Shown here piece after piece: positions 20,643 to 29,800 of a DNA stretch of 64,000 nucleotides (position 1 is its first letter; each line of letters starts with the position of its first letter). The stretch lies in NCBI GenBank assembly GCA_043819555.1, contig JBDREQ010000009.1, forward strand, positions 64,001 through 128,000, written 5' to 3'. Source of the stretch: Candidatus Zixiibacteriota bacterium (lineage in GTDB: Bacteria; Zixibacteria; MSB-5A5; GN15; JAAZOE01). The notes below the pieces were generated by a model. The model did no database searches and was not told the DNA's origin. It saw only the letters and a list, made by a program, of their open reading frames with translations. Made by a program: the position numbers and the translations under genes.

Positions 20643-20677
20643 CCCGGAAATATAAGACAAAAACCCGTTCCGGGCAA
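20643..20677 (-). promoter_or_regulatory. uvrA promoter with overlapping inverted repeat
   Basis: Minus strand TTGCCC-N17-TATATT; CCCGGAA-N18-TTCCGGG dyad spanning it. Confidence 0.5.
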
Positions 20678-20741
20678 AAGCTATTTGAAAATCATATAAG
20701 AAAAAGACAGGCAAATGAGAATCACATATTTGGGAAACGGT

Positions 20742-21260
20742 TCAGTATCGATTTCGTCTTCTGGAATCGCGGTTATTATCCCGTTTATCGGCCCCGGCAA
20801 AATCAATTCGTAGATTTCGACCTTCGAACTCCTGCCCGTTCAATTCATCCATAGCCTCAATTGCCCCATCGGTTGTTTCGAATTCGATAAAGGCGATACC
20901 ACGGTCGCCAACGAGACTAATTGAAATGATTTCACCAAATTGCCCAAACAGTTCGCGAAGCCGATCTTCGGTTATTGAATAATTCAAATTTCCAACATAT
21001 ATCTTGCTTATTGGCTGCCCCGGTTTAAGAGGCGGCTGAGCCTCGGCAATGCGCAGATTGCGCCCCATAAACTCCGAACCGTCAAGCTCCTCTAACGCCT
21101 TGGCGGCGGCGGCTTTGTGTTTGAATTCAACAAACCCAAAACCGCGCCCCTCGACAATATTTATGTTTTCAATCTGACCAAACGGGCCGAACAACTCGGA
21201 CAATTGACGCCGATCGACCAGATAATTCAGATTCCCCACGTAAAGTTTGCTGTTTGGCAT
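20742..21260 (-). CDS. RNA-binding protein with two RRM domains
   Basis: Two RNP2 (LYVGNL/IYVGNL) and two RNP1 (RGFGFVEF/RGIAFIEF) motifs, Arg-rich tail. Confidence 0.9.
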   Translation of the reverse strand: MPNSKLYVGNLNYLVDRRQLSELFGPFGQIENINIVEGRGFGFVEFKHKAAAAKALEELDGSEFMGRNLRIAEAQPPLKPGQPISKIYVGNLNYSITEDRLRELFGQFGEIISISLVGDRGIAFIEFETTDGAIEAMDELNGQEFEGRNLRIDFAGADKRDNNRDSRRRNRY

Positions 21261-21472
21261 ACAAAACCCGGTTCTGTCGTCATCTGCATAAATATATTGT
21301 TGAGTGATGAGAGACGGCCGCCAAATGGGTTCCCACGGCCGGTATTACATTATGCAATAACGTGCTCTTGTTAATATTGAAGATAAACTAATCCAATATT
21401 GATTTTTCGTCAAGGGGTTTTTTGAAAAGAAATTTGGGGAATGAATTGATTATATAGTTCGGATGTCGGGTG

Positions 21473-22855
21473 CTACTGAATACTATTCAGTCCGTTCAGG
21501 GCGGCGACTTTGTAGGCTTCCGACATAGTTGGGAAATTGAAAACGGTATCGATGAAATAGTCAATCGTCCCTCCGAATGTCATCACCGCCTGGCCGACAT
21601 GAATCAAATCGGCGGCGCCTTCGCCGATAATATGCACCCCGTATATTTTTTTGGAATCCGGACAAAATATCAGTTTGAGAATACCATCATGGTCGCCTGA
21701 AATCTGGCCCCGCGCCAGTTCATAAAATCGGGCTGTGCCCGTTTCATACGGAATGCCTTTTGCGCTCAGGCTTTCCTCGGTCTCGCCGACAGTCGATATT
21801 TCGGGAATGGTGTAGATGCCATAAGGCAACAACGTATTGAGGTGGGATTCTGATTTTCCGAAGGTATGGCGCGCGGCCAATCGTCCCTGATCCATCGACA
21901 CTGAGGCCAGCGAGGGAAAACCGATAACATCGCCGACGGCGTAAATTTTGCCAACCCCGGTATGAAAATTCTCATCGACATCTATCATGCGCCTCTTATC
22001 GAGTTTTATCCCCAGCTCTTCCAGTCCAATACCGGCAGTATTGCCCGTTCTTCCGGTAGTTAAAAGTATTTTATCGGCGACAATTTTCCGCCCCATTTTG
22101 GTAGATATATTTACCTGGCTGTCGCTGATTGTGATTTTATTGAGTTTGTCTCCGAGGATGACCTTGGTCCGATGCGTACGCATCAGGTAGGTCAGCGTAT
22201 CCGAGATTTCATGATCCAGATGCGACATCAGCCGATCTTTGCTGTCAACCATCGTTACCTTAACGCCGAGGTGGCCGAAGATGCAGGCGTATTCGCAGCC
22301 GATAACGCCGCCTCCGACGACAATCATCGATTTGGGAATGCGATCCAGATTCAAAATCGTCTCGCCGTCGAAAACATAAGTATCGTCAAAATGAATATTG
22401 GGATCCCGGCGCGGCCGCGATCCGGTCGCGATGACAATCACCGAGGCATTCAAAATCCGTCCCTGGCCATTTTCATCCTCAACCTTCACTTCGGTTGGCG
22501 AAACTACTTTGCCCCGGCCCGGGATCACGGTGATGCCATTGCGTGATAATTTATCCTGAATAACTTCAAGTTCTTTTTGAATTACCTGCTCGGTCCGGTA
22601 CATCAATTCGGCAATAGTCACGTTCGATTTGAGCGAACAAACCACGCCGTATACCGAACGTTGCCGGATACCGGCAAGATATAAGACTGTTTCCCTGAGA
22701 GTTTTTGACGGCAGGGTTCCAGTATGAACACAGACTCCCCCGACGACTCCACGCGATTCGATGATGGCGACTTTTTTTCGGAGTTTCGATGCCTGAATCG
22801 CGGCTTTTTCACCGGCCGGCCCTGATCCGATAACAATCATATCATATGATTCCAT
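21473..22855 (-). CDS. sthA: Soluble Si-specific pyridine nucleotide transhydrogenase
   Basis: GSGPAG; GGVCVHTGTLPSKTLRE (CxxxxT in place of the redox disulfide); GIYTIPEIS; FNFPTMSEAYKVAALNG. ATG at 22855 has an SD. Confidence 0.9.
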   Translation of the reverse strand: MESYDMIVIGSGPAGEKAAIQASKLRKKVAIIESRGVVGGVCVHTGTLPSKTLRETVLYLAGIRQRSVYGVVCSLKSNVTIAELMYRTEQVIQKELEVIQDKLSRNGITVIPGRGKVVSPTEVKVEDENGQGRILNASVIVIATGSRPRRDPNIHFDDTYVFDGETILNLDRIPKSMIVVGGGVIGCEYACIFGHLGVKVTMVDSKDRLMSHLDHEISDTLTYLMRTHRTKVILGDKLNKITISDSQVNISTKMGRKIVADKILLTTGRTGNTAGIGLEELGIKLDKRRMIDVDENFHTGVGKIYAVGDVIGFPSLASVSMDQGRLAARHTFGKSESHLNTLLPYGIYTIPEISTVGETEESLSAKGIPYETGTARFYELARGQISGDHDGILKLIFCPDSKKIYGVHIIGEGAADLIHVGQAVMTFGGTIDYFIDTVFNFPTMSEAYKVAALNGLNSIQ

Positions 22856-22891
22856 GAATCGTCCCCTGGTATAAATCCCCAATTATATTCC

Positions 22892-22916
22892 GGGCAGATG
22901 TGGACATCTGTCGCGT
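22892..22916 (-). repeat. REP family B copy (RCAGRYGTCCWYRYCYGY core)
   Basis: Reverse complement reads ACAGATGTCCACATCTGC, matching the copies at 53243, 61142, 61785 and 61828. Confidence 0.5.
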
Positions 22917-23220
22917 ATATTAGTAAAGACTATTTGAATAGGAAAAAATAGCCCTTTTAGTAGCTACTGTCAATTAACAATACGCCGGAAGATGATTATG
23001 TTCCCCAAACTTCTCAATAATATTCCCATTTAAAGAAACAGAATACTGATTTTTATTTCTTCCCGAATCTTTGAATATCTCCTTTCCAAATGAGTATATC
23101 TTCTGGCACAATGAAGGCTTGAATTATATGGTTTTTTTGTGCTATATTGTCAGACTCAGCGGGGCTTGCGCGTTTATAATTTTTATTGACAGAAAAACTT
23201 TTAACAGGTAGTTACACATT

Positions 23221-24213
23221 ATGGATTACGGCAAAATAATAGCGACCGGATTTAAACAGGCCTGGAAATACAAATCCCTCTGGATTTTTGGATTTTTTGT
23301 TTCCGGCGGCGGCAGTGGATATTTCAATCTGACCGACAAATTCCGACGCGGCGATACCGGCGATTGGGGCCGCTGGGGTCGTTTTGGCCATTACGATTTA
23401 AGGCATTTTGATTTTGGCAATCCCCTGTTCATTCTGGCGTTAATTGGCATTATCCTTCTTATCATACTCTTCTTCTGGATATTAGGCACGATATCTATCG
23501 GAGGCTTAATCGGGGCGGCGCGGGATATCAAAAATAAGATGGAATATCGTTTTTCAAATGCTCTCTCGACCGGATTCAGAAAATTCTTCCCCATCTTTGG
23601 TTTATCGCTTCTGGCCCTGATAATCGGAGGCGCTTCTGTATTTATTTTGATAATGATCGGGGTCGGCGCATTTATGATGCACGTTGGATTCGGATTTTTA
23701 TCTCTCGCAGCTTTAATCCCGCTGCTTATAGCTGTCATTTTTGTAATCGGTGTCACCACGGCTCTCACTGAACGAATGATTGTTATCGAAGACAAACCGG
23801 TTTTCGATTCAATCGGCGACAGCTTCGCTCTCTGGAAATCTCATTTGGGACCATCAATTCTTTATGCTCTCATTTATATGGGAATATCCATCGCCATCGG
23901 CATGACAGCTTTCGTTATTGTAATTTTTATGGTACTTCCTTTTATAGCGGTCGGATTTGTCAACTGGCTTTTGGCAATTCTGATTGGCCTCCCGGCGGTG
24001 CTACTGATAATGCTTGTAATAACCGGTTTTACCGGATCGGCGACGCACCTAATGACTACCGAATGGTATTATCAGCTTAAAGAACTATCTGTGGCGCCGG
24101 CCTTAGCTGCTAGTGCGCCTGTTCCGCCCCAGGTATCATCGATTCCTCTTCCGGAAGATGACAATCCGCCTCCACCACCGCCGGAAACGACGCCACCACC
24201 TGAGAATGGATAG
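23221..24213 (+). CDS. Multi-pass membrane protein with Pro-rich cytoplasmic tail
   Basis: WKYKSLWIFGFF start, about six TM helices, C-terminal PPPPPPETTPPP. Confidence 0.75.
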   Translation: MDYGKIIATGFKQAWKYKSLWIFGFFVSGGGSGYFNLTDKFRRGDTGDWGRWGRFGHYDLRHFDFGNPLFILALIGIILLIILFFWILGTISIGGLIGAARDIKNKMEYRFSNALSTGFRKFFPIFGLSLLALIIGGASVFILIMIGVGAFMMHVGFGFLSLAALIPLLIAVIFVIGVTTALTERMIVIEDKPVFDSIGDSFALWKSHLGPSILYALIYMGISIAIGMTAFVIVIFMVLPFIAVGFVNWLLAILIGLPAVLLIMLVITGFTGSATHLMTTEWYYQLKELSVAPALAASAPVPPQVSSIPLPEDDNPPPPPPETTPPPENG

Positions 24214-24219
24214 CCAAAG

Positions 24220-25362
24220 ATGCGGGAAATTTCTTTTGTAAAGATTGCTCTATTCATTTTAGCCGTCTGTTTTATGCCGATGGCTTATCCGGTTTCGGCG
24301 CAGATAACTGATCTCCCTGATGTGAAAATGGTCATCGATAATTTTGATTACATGATTTCTCTTTTCCCCGATGATTATGACAGCCGCAGGCAGGCGGTTC
24401 AGGCTTGCTCGACGATAACTCCGGCGGCAGAGTCTTTAAAAGTGTTCTGGGAAGAACAGGGAGAAATCGTATTATATTATCTTTCTTATTATGCCGGAAT
24501 CAACTGGGTCGAACCGGAGTTCAAAATATATCTTGTTAAATATTATCCGGATTTCGCCAACCACAACCCGATGACAATACCTTTGGCCGGGAAGAAAGAT
24601 GGGGGGCGAATAATCGCTCTGCCTCAGGAATTATCTCATTATTTAACTTTATTCCAGCAACTGGCTAAAAGACTTTTGGACCAGGTTTCCCTGCCGGGCA
24701 GCAGTAATTATTATATTGCCGGACATCCGTTATTGCGAAAAACTTCCCGAAGATTTGATAATATGGCTAATCTGTTGGCCCTGAGAACCCTTTCCGATTT
24801 TACCAACGTCGATACGCTGCTGGCTATTTTCAAGTCAGCGCATTGGAAAGAACGAGAATCGGGACAAGGAGTATTGTTCGATTATTTCTGGGATAAATGG
24901 CATCTTTCGGAGGATTCGACTTTGGCCGATTATATTGCTAATGAACCTTACGGTTCCCGGCTCGTTGCCCTGACCCGCCCGCCGGTAACCCGTCCCCGTG
25001 AATCCAGCCGGGGTGATCATCAACTTCAGGCTCCCCCGGGCGGCCAACTGGGCCTTTCGGTCGTTCGGGACCGTTCCGGATTTTTCAAAGTTGTCGAAAT
25101 TGACAGCCTTAAGCTGGCGTTTGTCTCCGGTTTGAGAACCGATGATTTAATCAGGAATATAGATGGCACCGCTCCCCGCAATATCAAAGCATTATTCACC
25201 CTGATTCTTGACAAACTTCCCGTAGGGGCTCATGTCAATATCGTCAGAAATGATGAGCCGGAATCGGTTATTATTTATCCCTGGTCTGATTTGCCCGATG
25301 ATCCGGAATTATATTATGAACGGCAGCAGTCGGACATTTACGATTCAACCGATAATGAATAA
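24220..25362 (+). CDS. Secreted protein with C-terminal PDZ-like domain
   Basis: Signal peptide (VSA-Q); LGLSV...LAFVSGLRTDDLIRNIDG...IVRN PDZ pattern. Confidence 0.65.
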   Translation: MREISFVKIALFILAVCFMPMAYPVSAQITDLPDVKMVIDNFDYMISLFPDDYDSRRQAVQACSTITPAAESLKVFWEEQGEIVLYYLSYYAGINWVEPEFKIYLVKYYPDFANHNPMTIPLAGKKDGGRIIALPQELSHYLTLFQQLAKRLLDQVSLPGSSNYYIAGHPLLRKTSRRFDNMANLLALRTLSDFTNVDTLLAIFKSAHWKERESGQGVLFDYFWDKWHLSEDSTLADYIANEPYGSRLVALTRPPVTRPRESSRGDHQLQAPPGGQLGLSVVRDRSGFFKVVEIDSLKLAFVSGLRTDDLIRNIDGTAPRNIKALFTLILDKLPVGAHVNIVRNDEPESVIIYPWSDLPDDPELYYERQQSDIYDSTDNE

Positions 25363-25512
25363 TCAATAATGTATAATTCTCAATGTCGATAAATCGCGCA
25401 TAAAATCCTTCCATTATACCCACTCCGCAATAAACTTGCTTTAACTCCTCCATGATTATTAAAAAACACCGGCTTTGTCCGATAACCTTAGTAGTTAATA
25501 GCAGGAGAGATA

Positions 25513-26268
25513 ATGAATCAGGAAAATGTATCATTTGCGTTAGTCGAGCGGAAAAAATTCGATGACGAAAAAGCCCATGCTGTCGCGCCTGATATTTGGT
25601 GGGTCGGCAATTTCGACAAAGCGGCCAACCGCTCATATAATCCATATTTATTAATAGACGGTAAGGAAGGGGTGCTAATTAATCCTGGATCGCGCGCGGA
25701 TAAAAGTCACGAGATAATCAAAAGGAAAGTCACTTCGGTGATAGATCCCCGGTTAATTCAGCATATTGTGCTGCTCCATAATGACGCGACCCGGTGCGCG
25801 GCGACGCCGCTTTTTGAAAGTATTACCGATGCCAATGTCCGAGTGTACGCGCCTTCCCAATCAATCGATTTAATTCGCCATTACGGATGCAAGCATCCCC
25901 TTATAGGCCTTGATGGCGGAGACAGCGTCATTTTGAAATCGGGAAGAAGCCTGACATACCATGAAACCCCAAACCTGGATTGCGCCGGTTCAGGCTTTTT
26001 GCATGACGCTCAAAGCGGTACAATATTTTCGGGCAATTTGTTTTCTATTCCTGGAAACGAATGGAATCTTTACGCCCAATCGGAAAGCTGGGAAGGAATA
26101 ACTCCGGCGCCCTCACAGGGCTTATGCTCCAAAAAGGCATTTCATAAGGCTCTTAATAAAATTGAAAGACTGTCCCCGGAACGCATCTGCCCTCATCAGG
26201 GACCAATCCTGGAAGAAAACATTGATAAATATATCGCCTTCGCCAGAGAGATTGAATTCAATAATTAA
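25513..26268 (+). CDS. Metallo-beta-lactamase fold protein, ODP/flavodiiron-like, with degenerate metal ligands
   Basis: IWWVG...YNPYLLIDG.EGVLINPGS, TIFSGNLF and ICPHQG motifs. AGGAGA SD. Confidence 0.7.
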   Translation: MNQENVSFALVERKKFDDEKAHAVAPDIWWVGNFDKAANRSYNPYLLIDGKEGVLINPGSRADKSHEIIKRKVTSVIDPRLIQHIVLLHNDATRCAATPLFESITDANVRVYAPSQSIDLIRHYGCKHPLIGLDGGDSVILKSGRSLTYHETPNLDCAGSGFLHDAQSGTIFSGNLFSIPGNEWNLYAQSESWEGITPAPSQGLCSKKAFHKALNKIERLSPERICPHQGPILEENIDKYIAFAREIEFNN

Positions 26269-26284
26269 TATAAAACGATTTTAG

Positions 26285-26313
26285 AAAACCCCCGCGAAGC
26301 CGGGGGTTTTTTT
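26285..26313. terminator. Bidirectional intrinsic terminator
   Basis: AAAACCCCCG-CGAAGC-CGGGGGTTTTTTT between convergent genes. Confidence 0.85.
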
Positions 26314-26327
26314 GGCCTTCTTCCAAA

Positions 26328-26714
26328 TTAAGAACCGCTGAACAAAGACAGCCTGACCCCGAATTGATTGACCGGCGGTTCATAAAAAGTCCCGTATATT
26401 CGTTGATAATTCAATGATATTGATTTATAAACCGGCTTAACAATGGAAAGCTCGATGTAATAATCCTTGTCTTCATCTAAATCGAGATTCCAGTTAAAAT
26501 CACCGGTAAATTCAAAAATGAAATTCGTCCCGATATTAAATTCATTTATCGAAATAATCTGCAGTGTCGTACCACGATTTTTGCCGTCATCATCAAGGTT
26601 CTTGAAATATGATATTTCATTCGTGTAAGGTATTATATTTTCCGATACAGCCTGAGAAGATAACGCAAATGAGAACATAGCCGCCCCGATTAGAAAAAAC
26701 TTAAAATAACTCAT
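26328..26714 (-). CDS. Small secreted beta-stranded (outer-membrane-like) protein
   Basis: ATG at 26714 with AAGGA SD, signal peptide ending SQA, alternating aromatic beta strands, C-terminal VNQFGVRLSLF. Confidence 0.6.
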   Translation of the reverse strand: MSYFKFFLIGAAMFSFALSSQAVSENIIPYTNEISYFKNLDDDGKNRGTTLQIISINEFNIGTNFIFEFTGDFNWNLDLDEDKDYYIELSIVKPVYKSISLNYQRIYGTFYEPPVNQFGVRLSLFSGS

Positions 26715-26973
26715 ATCCTTATTCACCCTTTCCTTAAAAATGCCAAACATAGCAATGAATTGCGAAGATAGTCCATATTTTAGAAAAATCAAGCGCTCTC
26801 TCTCATGATTATTTTGGAAAATAATCCATGTACATCCGATGGACATCCAAATCAGAGAAAGCCCGATCAGAATTGGGGTTTTTTTTATTGTCATTTTTCT
26901 ATTAGACCCTTTTCTTAAAAATAATCAGACAATTTGACATTTGGCCGATAAAATAACAAATAGGGATGTTTGA

Positions 26974-27966
26974 ATGCAGAATGTTGGGGATAAAAAAATT
27001 CTACTCACCGGCGCGGGCGGCTTTATCGGGTCCCATGTTACTGAGCTTCTTATCAACGCGGGAGCCAAAGTATCTGCCTTGGTTCGATATACATCTACTG
27101 GACAGTCCGGGCATCTCGACAATATTACAATACCTGATAGACGGCGGCTAAAAATAGTCTATGGCGATATTCGCAGTTATGAAGATGTTAAGCGGGCGAT
27201 TGGCAAAAACGATATTATTATCCACCTCGCCGCCCAGATTGCCATACCTTATTCTTATATTTCCCCCGGTGATTTTCTCAATGTTAATACGGTCGGGACA
27301 ATAAATATCCTCAATGCAAGCCGGGAAAAGGATATCAAAAGGATTGTCCAGCTATCAACATCAGAAGTCTACGGATCGGCGCAGTACCTGCCGATTGATG
27401 AAAAACACCCACAGGTCGCTCAATCGCCTTATGCCGCTTCCAAAATAGCTTCTGATAAACTGGCCGAATCCTTTCATCGCTCGTACAATTTGCCGGTAGT
27501 GATCGCCCGGCCGTTTAATACTTACGGCCCCCGCCAATCAGCCCGAGCCGTTATCCCTACTATCATCATTCAGGCATTGCGCGGAAAAACCGTATCTCTG
27601 GGAAATATACATACTCGCCGGGATCTTAATTTTGTCGGCGATACGGCGGCGACTCTGATAAAAATGGCTTTGTCCAACAAAGGCAATGGCGAACAATTTA
27701 ATATTTGTTCCGGCAAAGACTATTCTATTGAGGACATTGTCAAACAGATTGGACATATACTGGGGAAAAAACTAATTATTAAAACCGATAAACGCCGCAT
27801 CAGACCAAAAAATTCAGAAGTTGACCGGCTTCTTGGCGACAATGCGAAAGCGGTAAAAACTTTTAAACTTGCCAAAAGTACGGATATTGCAAACGGACTC
27901 AAAAAGACTATCGAATACATTGAAACCCATATTGATAAATATGGCACTGAGGATTATCAACTCTAA
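26974..27966 (+). CDS. NDP-sugar 4,6-dehydratase, LegB-like SDR
   Basis: TGAGGFIGSH, HLAAQIAIPYSY, STSEVYG, YAASK and RPFNTYGPRQSARAVIPTII motifs. Confidence 0.85.
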   Translation: MQNVGDKKILLTGAGGFIGSHVTELLINAGAKVSALVRYTSTGQSGHLDNITIPDRRRLKIVYGDIRSYEDVKRAIGKNDIIIHLAAQIAIPYSYISPGDFLNVNTVGTINILNASREKDIKRIVQLSTSEVYGSAQYLPIDEKHPQVAQSPYAASKIASDKLAESFHRSYNLPVVIARPFNTYGPRQSARAVIPTIIIQALRGKTVSLGNIHTRRDLNFVGDTAATLIKMALSNKGNGEQFNICSGKDYSIEDIVKQIGHILGKKLIIKTDKRRIRPKNSEVDRLLGDNAKAVKTFKLAKSTDIANGLKKTIEYIETHIDKYGTEDYQL

Positions 27967-28700
27967 TGAAAGCAGTTATTCTCGCCGGCGGTAAAGGCTC
28001 GCGTTTGGAACCATTTACATATGTCTTTCCTAAACCATTGATGCCGATCGGTAATCATCCGATTCTGGAAATTGTCTTATCTCAATTATCCCGGGCCGGA
28101 ATCGATGAAGCCATTCTGACCGTCGGTCACGAAGCGTCCAAGCTTATTAAAATGGTTACCGCCGCGGGAGATTTCGACTTGCGCATCAGGTACTCGGAAG
28201 AAAAAAAACCTCTCGGAACGGCCGGACCGCTAAAACTTATCAAAAACCTCGGCGAGGATTTTCTGGTTTTGAATGGTGATATCCTGACTGATATCGATTT
28301 TAAAAAATTCATCGAATATCACAAAAATAATAAAGCTATCGCGACCGTTGCCTCATACCGCCGGAAGCAACCAATTGATTTCGGGGTCATTGAGGCTGCC
28401 GGCGATAGAATTACGGCTTACCGTGAAAAACCCAACGTTGAGTATCTTGTTTCCATGGGGATCTACGCCTTCAAGCGTAAAATACTTGAATATATCCCGG
28501 CCAATAAGAAATTTGATTTCCCGCAATTGGTTAATAAATTGCTCAAATTGAAAATCTATCCGGCTGTGTACCAACATAAAGGCGAATGGCTCGACATCGG
28601 ACGACCGGATGATTATACCAGGGCAATTAAACTGTTTTTCAAAAAGGGCAAACGTTTTTCCGCTAAAAACGTTAAAACCTTTAATCGCCGTAACCGATAA
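27966..28700 (+). CDS. Sugar-phosphate nucleotidyltransferase
   Basis: LAGGKGSRL.P.T...PKPL, EKKPLGTAG, NGDILTD and WLDIGRPDDY motifs. TAATG coupling. Confidence 0.9.
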   Translation: MKAVILAGGKGSRLEPFTYVFPKPLMPIGNHPILEIVLSQLSRAGIDEAILTVGHEASKLIKMVTAAGDFDLRIRYSEEKKPLGTAGPLKLIKNLGEDFLVLNGDILTDIDFKKFIEYHKNNKAIATVASYRRKQPIDFGVIEAAGDRITAYREKPNVEYLVSMGIYAFKRKILEYIPANKKFDFPQLVNKLLKLKIYPAVYQHKGEWLDIGRPDDYTRAIKLFFKKGKRFSAKNVKTFNRRNR

Positions 28701-28739
28701 CTAAACATACATAACGGGACATATATTACAGGGTAGGAT

Positions 28740-29708
28740 ATGAATTATTTAATCACTGGCGGAGCCGGATTCATCGGCAGCAACCTTGCTTTTGAACTTG
28801 TCAAACGTGGCGACTCCGTGCGCGTACTTGACAATCTTACATCGGGCAACCTTGACAATATAAAACCGTTGTTTGATAAAATCGAAGTTATTGAAGGTGA
28901 TATTCGTGATTTCTGGACGGTTGTGGAAGCAATGTATGATATCGACTTTGTTCTGCACCACGCCGCCGTGCCGTCAGTTGCCCGTTCCATCAAAAATCCT
29001 TTAACCGCCAACGCCGTCAATATCGACGGAACCTTGAATGTTCTGGAATCGGCTCGGCAGGCTAATGTCAGAAGAGTCGTTTTTGCCTGTTCTTCGGCTA
29101 TCTACGGCGATTCGGAAGAGCTTCCCAAAATTGAAACTATGAAACTCGATCCGATGTCTCCATACGCCGTCAATAAACTGGCAGGAGAGGAATATTGCAG
29201 GATCTATAATCATCTCTATGGCCTCGAAACAGTTTCGCTGCGCTATTTTAACGTCTTTGGACCGCGACAGGATCCAGCCAGCCAATATTCAGCAGCGATT
29301 CCGATTTTTATTAAGGCGATCTTACATGGCAAACCGCCCATGATATTCGGCGACGGAGAGCAGTCTCGTGATTTTATCTATATCGATAATGTCGTCAACG
29401 CTAATTTGAAAGCCTGCACCGCCCCCAACGCTCCCGGTCAGTGCTTCAATATTGCCAGCGGCCAGCGAATTACTCTAAATAACCTCTTGAAAATAATTTC
29501 TGAAATTCTAAAAGTCGAAATCAAACCCAAATATGTCAATCCCCGCCCCGGAGATATCCTTCACAGCGGAGCCGATATAGAGGCTGCCCTAAGCGGGCTG
29601 GGATACTCCGTCGATATTGATTTAAGAACCGGAATGAAGGATACCATTAAATGGTTTTCCGATATCTTTTCAGAATCTACGCCGGTAAGCGGTATCAATA
29701 TTGATTGA
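28740..29708 (+). CDS. NAD-dependent UDP-HexNAc 4-epimerase family SDR
   Basis: TGGAGFIGS, SVARSIKNP, YAVNK, RYFNVFGPRQDP and GDGEQSRDF motifs. Confidence 0.88.
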   Translation: MNYLITGGAGFIGSNLAFELVKRGDSVRVLDNLTSGNLDNIKPLFDKIEVIEGDIRDFWTVVEAMYDIDFVLHHAAVPSVARSIKNPLTANAVNIDGTLNVLESARQANVRRVVFACSSAIYGDSEELPKIETMKLDPMSPYAVNKLAGEEYCRIYNHLYGLETVSLRYFNVFGPRQDPASQYSAAIPIFIKAILHGKPPMIFGDGEQSRDFIYIDNVVNANLKACTAPNAPGQCFNIASGQRITLNNLLKIISEILKVEIKPKYVNPRPGDILHSGADIEAALSGLGYSVDIDLRTGMKDTIKWFSDIFSESTPVSGINID

Positions 29709-29800
29709 AGATCGAATTATGAAATAATATCTTTCGATTGTTTTCCCGCAAATTTTCCTGCAGTAAACAAAATTAGTTCTTATTGCCAATGTGCTGACAA

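Noticed and set aside
23103..23119. CTGGCACAATGAAGGCT as a sigma54 promoter
   Set aside because: GG-N10-GC spacing is right, but the -12 element lacks TTGC and a sigma70-like TTGAAT...TATATT lies just downstream.
26715..26894. 60-aa N-terminal extension of the 26328 ORF
   Set aside because: The signal peptide and SD fit ATG 26714; the extension is probably promoter DNA.
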